From Bilabrum cf. latius (Eukaryota), in NCBI GenBank assembly GCA_965178125.1, contig OZ237750.1:1054001-1118000 (forward strand): a stretch of DNA of 64,000 nt, in the 5' to 3' direction. A program made the translations under genes and the position numbers. The notes below the pieces were generated by a model. That model had not been told where the DNA came from and did not search any database. It worked only from the letters and a program-made list of their open reading frames with translations. Of the stretch, positions 25,107-36,300 are shown in pieces (position 1 is the stretch's first letter; each line of letters starts with the position of its first letter).

Positions 25107-25792
25107 CTTCGCGTTCTAGTTAGGCTAACGGTCCAACGATTCCCTTCATCGGTATTTTCAAAGTCTACGGCTCAAACGATTGGAATGAGTAGCGACGCGT
25201 TTCCTGTTGGCGACTGCGACGGGAGCTGGCTGGTCGTCGCGTGTGGTCGCATCCACGCGTGCCTTTTCGCTCACCTACAATGCAGTGCAGCGCATAGATG
25301 CAGTGCATTGCACCACAATGTACGGGATAGGGTGCGTACAGCCCGATTTTTACAGCATCCTTGCCCCGTGTAAGTAATTGAATGCTCCGGAGGCCTGCTG
25401 AGTTCATTGGACTGACATACTAGGAGGCATGTTTTGAACTTGATGCCCAGAAGCCGGACGATCGCTAGAAGACATCGGCGGCAGGACAGAAGCGCGCGAG
25501 GATACAGTCGCAGTCAGAATCCACTGAAGGGCGATCTCTGCAGTCAAGTGGGGTAGCACAATTGTCATCGGCGTTTTCTAGAAGTGGACCGTGATTTCAA
25601 GTCACAGTAGCTCTGGAGACGCATTCTTGTGTGACTGCTTGAAGATTTCTATTCTAATGCATGGCCATCATAAGAAGAACACACAGTGCGTGTTCAATTG
25701 AATCTCCAACACACCACGGTGTATGTGTGGCACACTGTGTGCTCGTCAATTCGAGACGTCACGCTGCAATCGTAGAGTTCGCCCAACTCTCT

Positions 25793-26368
25793 TCAGCGGC
25801 GCTGCGGCGTCTCCGGGCTGTCTCCCCAGCTGACATCGCCAAACTCTTCAGTCTTCCTAAATGATTTTGTAGCCGTTCGATGAAACCACATCCTACCGCC
25901 TTTGTCCTATGGTTGTGTCAAAAACGAGCTGGTAGCAGCAGCAGAGGTGGAGGCCTAAGACCCCTCAGGTGGCCCACCAGAGGACAGAGAGCTGTCCGTG
26001 CCAGTGGAATGCTACTGTTCGGCTTTCTTTGCTGCTGACACTGCAGCGAAGAACGCCTTTTGCTCAGCATCCGATTTCGGCTGCACCAGCTAACTCATTT
26101 CAAAAGGCTCCCCCTCGAGGCGAGGCTAGCGCCGAATCATGTCAATGACGACCCATCGTTTCTTCTTGCTCGTGGCTCTTGCATCCTTAATCTGTACGCG
26201 GTCACCAACGCCACAGATGTTGTGTTCGTCATGCGCGTAGTACTTCTTTCGCTTCCTCATCCAAATTCGATACTTTGGGTGCATTGCCAGCCTTGTCACG
26301 CGAATGACTGCAGTCTTATCCATGGCTGTGCTGACGACTTCGCCAACAATCTTCTTTAGAAGCTTCAT
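25793..26368 (-). CDS. MRPS17: Mitochondrial ribosomal protein uS17 (bacterial-type S17) with C-terminal extension
   Basis: GEVVSTAMDKTAVIRV...HPKY...KYYAHDE...GDRVQI...SKKKRW. First TAG is 26126; first TGA in frame is 25793. Confidence 0.85.
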
Positions 26369-26636
26369 GGCAGCGCGACGGACAACTGCAACTCGAAGGC
26401 ACCCTCCTTCCGGATATTGGAACGCACGTAGCTAATTTCTGTCAAAAATCAGACTAACAAGTATAAATACAACCGATGTAAGGTAAGAAGAGCAATAAGA
26501 TCTCTCGATACTCGAAAAATACGGCAAACAGGAGCTTCGATGACAACTCTTTTGTAACGCGCAAAATGTGAATAATTGATATGGGGGGCTGACTGGAGCT
26601 GTTCTGCATTGCAGCGCTTTTGCGAAGCACTCCAGG

Positions 26637-27430
26637 ATGCAGCAGCTCGGTGTTGGGTTGCCCGATGTGCCAGTTCCAATGAGAGAGAAAGGGTGCATGT
26701 CACAGCTTGCCTAGGGTGCAGTAAGATTACCCGTCCTGCTGCAGCGTTTCCTCTTTCCATCGTACCAGCGCTATCGTGCCGATTTGATTGATTTAACTCG
26801 TCGTTCGACGCTTCCTTTTGCAGATGTATGGATTTGGAGTAGGTACTGCTGGAACTCTCGTAGCCACTGCTTGGACGACTTCCTTCCTTAGTGAGATCGA
26901 CGTTTTGAGATACTTCACGGCGTTGCTAATGCCGGCGCTGCTCACGTTATGCATTTATTTGTTCCACCTCTGCCTTGACTTGACGTACCGCAGAAAAGGG
27001 AATCACGGAAGGGATGCTGGTAGCCCGATTCGGCCGCACCGTGTACCCGCCAGCGCTCGCTCTGTTCACAGTGTTCCCGCTGGTAGACTGCACAGCCCGG
27101 GATAATGGTTGGAAGAACACCACGAGTAGAGCGGCATTTGCCGGTGCAATGACAGGCGCTGTGATGAACGCCGGAGTGTGGGGCTCGATGGGTGCTGTCG
27201 TGAAGGGCGTGATCGCCGGTGCAACGATCGGAGCTGCGTACGACGTGACGGACTTGTTGCTTGGCAAGCGCATGGGGCCGGAGGCTCGTGCCCGGAGGAC
27301 CTACGCCATGGACGTTGACGCTGTTGCGAGCACCGCCGCCAGGCTCTCGCAGTCGAGGGAGGCGTACGCGCCGCAGCCGGGAGTGTCCGCCCGAGGCAAC
27401 CTGATTCAGGGGGATGCCGCCCGGCAGTGA
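26637..27430 (+). CDS. Tim17/Tim22-family-like membrane protein; introns 26721-26823 and 26891-26993
   Basis: Spliced GCMSQLA*GA|MYGFGVGTAG...AAFAGAMTGAV...GVIAGATIGAA with Gly-zipper helices; splice phases are consistent. Confidence 0.5.
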
Positions 27431-27597
27431 TTAGCACACGATACAGACATGACTTTGGACGCTATACTTGCCAACGGCCTTGATCTTGCGTAATCTCTCG
27501 CACACGCCGCATCTTCCGGTATTGACACAGATCCTCTCTGCCGTCCACTGATCGTCGCAAACTCAAGACGCTTCGAGTACCCATTGCTGTTATCTCC

Positions 27598-29855
27598 ATG
27601 AAGACTGTCGATGTTTTGGCCTTAGGGGCTGCCGGTAAGCCATTTTGCCGTATGAGTGCTGCGAATCGTCCGGAGCATTGATTCGCATGGATCACAAACG
27701 GCTCCCCCCATCATTTAAGTTCCTGCAGTAGGGATTGTTTGCGCCCAGGCAAAATCATTCTTCGTAAACCCGCTCGGACAGGACTCTGGCAGCTGTCAAT
27801 CCGCAGGATCGCCCTGCAAAACACTCTCATTCGTGCAGCAGCAGGTTCGATCCGCGAAAGGGTCTGCGCAATCTGAAGACTTTACGGTTCACGTGGCCCC
27901 AGGAAAGTACCCTCTAACAAAAACATGGACGCTTGGACCCGAAGACGGTGGAGATGGAGGGTTCAAAATAGTGTGGCAGGGCATAGCGGACGACACGTCG
28001 GATCTTTTGGCTCGAGCGGCGGAGGACGCGGCCGTGCCGATCATATCAGGCGCTACCCGCGTTGACAGCTGGAAACAGTTCAATGCTAGCAGCAACGTGT
28101 GGAGCGCGGACCTTGCCGTACCGACTCGCCAGCTGTTCGTGAACGGCATCCGTGCGCAGCGCCCGAGCCGCCTCGCCACAGACCCAGAGGCCCTCGGCAA
28201 GGTGACCAGCATCACCGAGACGGGTTTCCTCGTGTCGTCGGAGGCGCCCTAGCAGTGGTCTCGCCCAGACCTTGTCGAGTTTCTGTTCACGGGAAGCGGC
28301 ACGACGTGGACGGAGCCTCGCTGCCGAGTGCTCGCGGTGGGCCCGCGGACAGACGGGCAGCCCGGCTCCAACGTGACTATGCAACAGGCCTGCTTCAGCA
28401 CGGGCAGGAACCGGGGCCACGGCAAGCAGGCGATCAAGGACCCGATCCACGTGGAGAACGTGCTGGAGTGGGTCACGAGGGGCGGCGTGCCTCTCCCGGG
28501 GAACAGCAGCACCGGGCTATTCGTGTACGACGTCGAGTGGACGGACCCAGACCACCCCTCCGAGGGGGGCAAGGGAACCATCTACTACCGGCCCAACGCG
28601 GGGGGACCAACCCCCAACCAGGCGGTGGCAGAGGTGCCCGCGCTGCAAGGGCTGCTGCAGGTGGAGGGAGACCTGGCGGGGGGTGCCCCGGTCACCGGTC
28701 TCGAGCTGCGAGGGCTCGTGTTCGAGCAGGGGGGTTGGGTGGAGCCCTCGGGTACGCAGGGGTACATTGACAACCAGAGCGGGTGGTACTATGGGAGGAA
28801 CGGGCAGGAGAACACGCCGGCTCAGGTGAGCATCTCCGGCGGCAGGGGCATCGTGGTGGAGGGCTGCGTGTTCCGGCGGATGGGCTCCTCTGCCCTGTGG
28901 GTCACCAACTCGTCCCAAGGGGTCACTGTGAGGAACAACTGGTTCACTGACCTGAGCGGAGGGGCAGTGACGGTGGGCACGGTGAACGACAACGGGGAGA
29001 AGAACGAAACGCTGCAGAACGCGGGGTTCGTGGTGGAGCAGAACTATGTGAGCGCGGTGCCCCGCGAGTACTTCTCGTGCGCCGGCATACTCGCGGGCTA
29101 TGTGCGGGACACTATCATCCAGGACAACGACGTGGGCGACACCTCAAACACGGGCATCTCCGTGGGGTGGGGCTGGGGCGCGTCCAACTACATGCGCAAC
29201 AACACGATCCAGAGGAACAAGGTGCACGGGTCCAACTGGAGGATGGCTGACGGGGGGGCCATCTACACGCTCTCGGCCCAGCCCGGGTCCTTCATGCGGT
29301 GGAATTACGTGTACAACCAGGGTGAGGCGCGGTTTATAGTGTGGGTATAAGTTGCCCTGTATCCGCGCATTCTTCGATGATTCCTGCCTCCCTGGTCGTG
29401 TCCTCTACATCCCTATCGTAGACAAACTCTTCGGGTCCTTGTACCATGACCAGGGCAGCGCGTACTACCAGACGTACCAGAACGTGGTGGAGAATGTGCA
29501 AGAGGTGAGATATAAAAGCTTGCGCTTGCCCACTGGGATTGGTCGCACTCAGCGAGCCTCTCTCGCGCCCCACCCACCACCTACCGAGTCGATCAGTCAT
29601 GCCCCACCCGTGTCGCAGTGGCTGCATATCTGGCAGGACAGCATCCACAACATCTCGGTATTCGACAACTGGACCGACCAGTCGTACTTCATCAACCGAG
29701 GGATCAACTGCACGGTCACCGACACCCACTACGTTGGGGTGATGGGGGCGCCGAACGGGTGGCCCCCGAGGGCCCAGGTCGTCAAGATGAGGGCGGGCCC
29801 CACCATGCTGCTGCCGCCTGCTGCTCTGGCGCTTGTGGCGTCGGAGGACAGGTGA
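27598..29855 (+). CDS. Secreted right-handed beta-helix (pectin-lyase-fold, GH141-like) enzyme; introns 27635-27728, 29322-29421, 29505-29618
   Basis: Signal peptide; TRQLFVNGIRAQR, W..PRC, GISVGWGWG, DGGAIYTLSAQPGS, LYHDQGS motifs. One internal TAG at 28250-28252. Confidence 0.72.
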
Positions 29856-30103
29856 TGCAGGTGGAAAGCTTCACGAAAAGGACCACACCGCTTGCAGTCT
29901 TCACGGTATGAGCGCATGCTTTGGTTTAAAGTTGTTTGTGAACGGCCAGGGCACAACTCGCAAATATTGCTGCGAATGACTGTCGACTACGCCAAATCAA
30001 ATCGGATGCAACAGCCAATGCATACTTCGCACGAGTTCTTCGCGCCGCACCTTCAGACCCTAGCAAGTCCGCCTCGGCACTGTGTCAACAGCTTGCACGA
30101 GCT

Positions 30104-33090
30104 TCAGTTCAACTTGCGCCGGAACCCTCCGATGGATTCGCTGGCGATGTAGTAGTACGGGGTGGTGCCGTCCCCATCGGGTCGCAGTACGCGGGCCCTC
30201 CCGCTCTTCGAGTCGTACATGTACGTGGTCACGATGCCCTCGCCACTGGGCCACGTGCCAGCCGGGGGGGTATCATCGGGAGACCCTGACCAGTCCTCCC
30301 AGGCGACCTTGGGCACGGGGGAGCCCTCCTCCGCGGTGATGGTCCCCTTGTACACGCCGATGCCCTTGTTCCACCCGTCCGTCACCCAGCACGCCACTAC
30401 CACGGTGTCCCCCTCCCCAGCCCCCGCCGAGAAGATGATGTGTTCCCTGTGCAGGGTGGCGTTGTACCACGGCAGCTTCCCCTTGCGCAGATCGAGGGCC
30501 TCGTCGATGTCCAGCACCTGCGTGAAGGTGGCACCACCGTCGATGGACAGCACCACCCCGGTCTCACCGTTGGTGGGGTACACCACCCGAGTGGTCTTGC
30601 CCCCGTTCACCCTCCACGAACTGAGGCCCTTCTCGCCCACGTAGGGGTACCTTGTCGCGTTATAAGACCCATTGGAGAGCTTCTTCAGCTCCCAGAGGCC
30701 CTTCTCCGAGTCCGAGTTGGTGTTCCACGAGGCCAGCAGGGCGTCCCGCTCGGGGACCACCACCACCTCGCTAAAGTAGGCCTTGCTGAGGTCGGCGTTG
30801 ATGGCCTGCACCATGCTGAAGTTGGACGCGGGCGCGGGTGAGGGCAGCAGGAGCCCAGTGAAGTCCTCCGTCTCGTACAGGCCGCACTGCTCTGTGCTCA
30901 CCAGCAGGCGCTTGGGGTCGTCCGGATGCAGCGCCATGGCGGGCATGTTGCGGTTGGGCAGACCAGCGATCCTGGGCGTGCAACCCACCTCGTACGAGTT
31001 GTGCCCCCCCGCGATGCGGTAGGCCTTGTCGTTGACGGTGCCAGTCACCAGGGGCTTGGCCAGGAGGCAGCCACGGTCCCCGCTGGCCCCGTAGCCTACG
31101 CCCCCGTGCAGCAGCACCACCGGCAAGCTGCTGTTCTGCGACCCAGGCGCCCCTGCGGGCAGCTTCATGGCCGGAGTGGTGACAGTGGAGGTGCACCGCG
31201 ACGGAGGGTCGGGCCAGAGGACGATGTTGTAGTTGAACTGCGTCCAGGATCGGCCCCCGTCGAAGCTCTCCACGATCCCGTGGTCTGCCTGGCACGAGAC
31301 AGCGTAGTTCCCCGAGGCTCCCAGGTCGTACACGTATGTGCTCGTGAAACCGTTGGCGGCCCACATATGCCGCTTGCTGTCCCCGCCGAACGACTCGGCG
31401 GACTCGTCGTTCACCCCTCCGCGCAGGGATGGGGGCGGCTCGTGCGTGTACACGTTGATCCAGCTCTTGTCTCCCTTGGGCCAGCCGGGCTGGTCCATCC
31501 GGCTGCGCATCAGATTCATGCTCCCGCTCGCGATGAGCGCGGTGGTCTCGCCCTCGGTGAGGTTCTGGTTCCAGCTGAGCGGGAAGAACTCCAAGGCGAT
31601 GGGCTTCCATGACCTGTACTCCCAGCCCATGGTCATGTTGAAGCCATCCCCTTGCCCGTTACCGGCCACATACCACTCTCCAGTGGGCATAGCATCGTCC
31701 GGTGCTGCTGCATCAGCCCCTGGCATGCGCATGTCCGCCATGACCAGACCAGAGCGTGCCCCCGACACGATGCCCATTGCAAGCCGGTGGAGCGTGCCAT
31801 TGGACCGGGGGTCCATCTGCAGGAAGGCCCACTCGGTGCAGTAGAGATGGTCCAGTCCGCTCGAGACACGGGTCCACGGATCAGAGCCAGTGCTCGCAGA
31901 GGCTCGCAGGTCCTGCGTGCGGGCCACAAACACGGCCGTCGTGGTGGTGTTCACACACTTGTCCTCGGACAAGCCCAGGCCCGAGGTGTTCCCGACTTCC
32001 CGCCTTTGCCCGCTAGTATCCAGCTTGTACACAGCATACACAAACTGTCCACCGGGAGAAGCAGCAGCACCCCTGCACCCGCCGACTCGATCTGTCTGGT
32101 CGCCCAGTCCAGAGACAGTTCCCGCCGGATCCACCGCCCTAGTCCACTCGAGGTCTGAAGCCGTGCCCGGTCCACTTGCACTGCCTGCAGCGGGCCAGTC
32201 GCCCAAGTACACGCCGGCATGCGCCCCCAGGAGCACGCTGGAACGGGATTGGACGTCACTCGCGGAGGAAGCGACTGGAAGGGGGGACAGGGTGTACACC
32301 TGCCTGTAGCCCTCCTGCTGCTCGTACGTTGAGAAATCGAAGCTCGAGGCATAGTCGGTGGACACAAACACACCCCTCGACCCGTTGACGTGGATGTACA
32401 GCTGGGCGCCGCTCGTTGACCTGGCCTCCCCGCCGTACACCTTGACATTCCAGCCCTCTGCGGCGATGGCAAACGAATCGAACGGCGGGAGAAAGTGTAC
32501 CTCCATGCAACGACACATCCTGCATGTCCTTCCTTAACTCTTACCTGCCAAGTACGAATTTGATGAGTCCTTCGGATCAAACATTGCGGTTGCGATCGAT
32601 CTGTTTCTAATGGTCCAAGTGTGGCCCTCGTCCCGCGAGACTTGCGCCGCATAGAGGCCGGACGCGAGATGAATAGGGCTAGGCCCACCCAGCATAGCTG
32701 AGCCACGAGAGCTCAGGTCTTCAATCTAATAATGGAACATCATCCCAGAGGCGTGGCCCTCGACGAACTGCCAGGTTACCCCGAAGTCGGGCGAGTAATT
32801 CACGCCTTCCATATCCGACACCTCATATATGCTTCCAAGGCGATTTGGGTCCAAATGAACACCCTAAATCTAGCCACCGGCCCCGCCATTTATGTTTTCC
32901 CAGCTAGCGATACCGGCAGAGCAGAGGCACCCCAGCGCTGCGGCGAAAGGATGGCATGATTGCAACGCGTCATTATGATCGGATCCGCAATGCGCCTCAA
33001 CGCAGCAGCAGGCGAAGCAATGACAGAAGATGACGCACATAATAATGCCACGATATGTTTCAAGCGGACCGGATTTGGAATTGTCTTCAT
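30104..33090 (-). CDS. Secreted BNR/Asp-box beta-propeller protein (GH74/sialidase-like); two 5' introns (~32938-33038 and ~32458-32544)
   Basis: Signal peptide then WENINGGAGG*I*GVHLDPN...SDMEG..YSPDFGVTW; Asp-boxes SRDEGHTW, SFDGGRSW, SIDGGATF; TGA stop. Confidence 0.7.
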
Positions 33091-33350
33091 CGCGGCCAGA
33101 ATGGCAGGAAGCGCATTGGATCGTGAAATACAGTTGCAGTTGGATACGTGCACCGTGACGCTACCCTACCCGCCCAACAATTTGGCTTGGGCGTGCAAGA
33201 GACATGTATTTTTGGTACCATGTTATCATTGATCGTGGCTAATCGAGGCTAATCAGCACAGCGAGATAGGTTCCTACCATGTTGCCAGACCATCGACAGC
33301 ACTGGCCCCAACTTGAGCTGGGCTTCGCATCCGAGGTTAGGCTGCGCAAG

Positions 33351-36300
33351 TCAAGTCCCGATACCCGCTCTCCCTCGCGGCTTGCTGCTCCGCTCCACCT
33401 CAGCTTGCGCTGACTCGACTGCCTCAGCAGCAGCAGAGGCGTGCCCGTGCACCGACCCAGCCAGGGCGAGAGACCTCACGTTCCCCCTTCGCACCGCGGC
33501 GGCAATCACCTCGGCCACGTCACGGTCCCCCTTGGACTCCTCTCCCAGGGCCCGCGCCATGCGGTCCTCCCTGCTCTCGTGCCTGCCCCTGCCTGCGCGA
33601 TTGCTCGAGGACCTGCCCGCCCCCCTAGATCTGGATCTGGATCTGGATCTGGATCTGGATCCTGATCCATCACGAGTGGCGCTCCTGCCGCCCCCCCTCC
33701 TGCTCCTCTTGCTCTTACTATTGCCCTTGCCGCTGCGACCCGCCCCGTGCTGCCCTCCTGTGCCTGCTCCCTGTCGCCCGCCGGACGAGGACACGGAACC
33801 CTTGCTCCCAGCCCGGCTCACGTCCTTGTCCTTCTTTGAGTACAGCTGCCTGCTGATCATCGCCTCAAGCGCCTCCTCCTGCCCGGCAGGTGCCTCCTGC
33901 ATCGACTCCAGTCCACCTCTCATGCCCGGGCTGCGTGTCCCGCTCTCATTGTGCTCCGCACTGGACCGTCGCTTCCGCTGCGAGGACCGGGATCGTGACC
34001 TACCCCTGGATCTTGACCCACCCCTGGACTGAGAGCGGCTCGCGGCCTTGGACCCAGACTACCTCGAGCTCCTAGACCTAGCCGAGCCAGCTCTGCGTCG
34101 TCGACTCGAGCCACTGCTGCCCGCACGAATCCTTGAGCTTCGCCCACCCGCTAAGCTGGTGGCACCTCCTGCACCGCGCCCGGAGGTACTGCCCTCACCC
34201 CTCGGGCGTCGCTGGGACCCCCCCCCCGTGCTCGGCTTTTTCCGAGACCGCTTGCTGTGCCCAATGGACTTGCCGCGCTGGCTGGCTGCTCCCGCCCTTT
34301 CTATCCTCCCTGTCCTCATGTTGACCTCGATCCTTGAAGTGGCGGGGTCTGCAGCGGCCTTGGATCCGCCATGCCTGGATTCCTCGATGGCCTGTCTTTG
34401 CAGCTCCTCTCTATCTGCCTTGGACATTCCTGCCTGGTTGGCAGTGGCGGCCTCTGACACCGATGCCTGGCCTGCCCATCGGAGCGAATGCTCGCCGGCA
34501 GCAGATGCCGCCCCAGCTGCACCACCAGCGGCCTGTGCGGACGCCGAATCGTGCACTTCCCCACGATCTTCGTTCGAATCAGTGTCAGGGTCTTCCGCCT
34601 CAGAGTCCTCGCTCTCCTCGCCGCCGGTCTCGTCATCACGCTCGGCACGCAGGGCGGCCGGGTCCTCCTCCGGCGGCATCCCGATCCAGCCACCTATCTC
34701 TGCAGGTCGCGGACCCAGCGCCATGTTCATCACCAGGCCACGGGCATATCCGATGATGCTGATGGCAGAACGGCGATCCGAAAATGTCTCGGGCCTGCTG
34801 GTCAGGACGCAGGCTGACCGCTTCGCAAGCGGACTTTTGCGCGCGTACAACCGCTGCCAGTCGACCCCTTTGAAGTACGGGTGACGCATGATGCGGCGAG
34901 CACCTCCGCTCGCGCCATACCTCTGCGTGGGGTCCTGTGCAAGCAGCCCCACAATCAGGTCCAGTAGGTGCGGGTCACTCGTGCGGGGCAGGCGCTCCCA
35001 CGCAATTCGGCCGTCCCTGCCCTTCATGAGGACTTCGTCCGTCGAGTTGGCGTCATATGGCAGCCTGCCGCATGCCAGACGGAACAGGATCACGCCAAGG
35101 GAGTACCAGTCGCTGGCGAACCCTTTTGCAGGCTCTCCCTTGATAACCTCTGGGGCGATGAAGGCGGGAGATCCCGCAAATCCTTTGGCATATTCTCTCC
35201 GCAACTCGAGGATGGGAGTTGCGCAGTGCTGAACAGCACGAGTGACTGCTGACCGCCGCGTGAGCCCTCTCACGCTGAGCGGGTCACTATCACGCGATTG
35301 ATCAGCAACTTTGGTCGGGCTAGCCGCTTGGGACACCTCATCCAGCTGACCCGTCTGTTGTCCCATGACATCGTGAGTAGCCGCAGCAGCAGATTCAGCC
35401 TGCATGGATCCCTTGTATAGGTTCATGTCACTGGCGCTGCGGAATGCGGTTGGCTTTTCCCCATTTCCCGGATGGGCGGGGCTCTATTCCGCGGAGGCTT
35501 GGTTGCTGTTGGCCATCTGCCTAGATGTTGACCTCGTGCCGAGCTTGCTGTCGGGATCAGAAGCACCTTTTCCGCTCGTGCTGCGAGGGAGGCGTGCTAG
35601 GCTACCCCCTGAGCTCGTCTTCTCAACACTGGAGCCTCCTACTACTGTAGTCCCCAGCGTCGGCCGCAGCCCACCGAGAGTGGCCCATCCGTAGCGGCGC
35701 TACGTCTGCACCTTGAGGAAATCAACGCCCATCGAATACCGCTGGCTCAGCTCCTCCCAGCGAGCGGCTCGTGCAAAGCCAGGCAGAATCACGCGTTGGT
35801 ACAGCTCGCGATTGGAGACCCGCAGCGGGATGCACACGACGCCAGGCAAGATCTACGCGGCCAGGGCAAGTATGTCTCGCTGCTACTGGGGAGTGGACGA
35901 GGCTTCAAAAACAAGCACAATACGTGGCATCACCACTGGCAGAGTGGCCTGCAAGTCGCGATCGCGCTCTACGGAAGTATAGGAGTCCTCTGCAGCGGCA
36001 GCACGAGGCCCATCGCTCTGCGAGCCGCGCGAGTTGTTCCTGGATCGAGCAAATGCGATCCCATCGCTTGCCTGCTAGGATGCGTCTGTCTATGTCAGTT
36101 CAGTTGCCCTGGATACCGCCTCGACTCCCACCGGCCCAGCTCCCTCCCGGCCCTACACCTCTTCGTGCGGCAGGGTGGCTCTCAGCTCCTCGAATGCCTC
36201 TTCCATGACCTTGCGCAAGAACGTGGCAATAACGACAAGTACCCCTGCCGTGTCATCAAGTCCGCACATGTCTGTCACGATGATGGAATCGAACATGGGG

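Noticed and set aside
25107-25792. Possible small gene or ncRNA, including a suppressor tRNA, in the largest spacer
   Set aside because: Only short unrecognisable frames and a weak 9-bp inverted repeat; no cloverleaf seen by eye.
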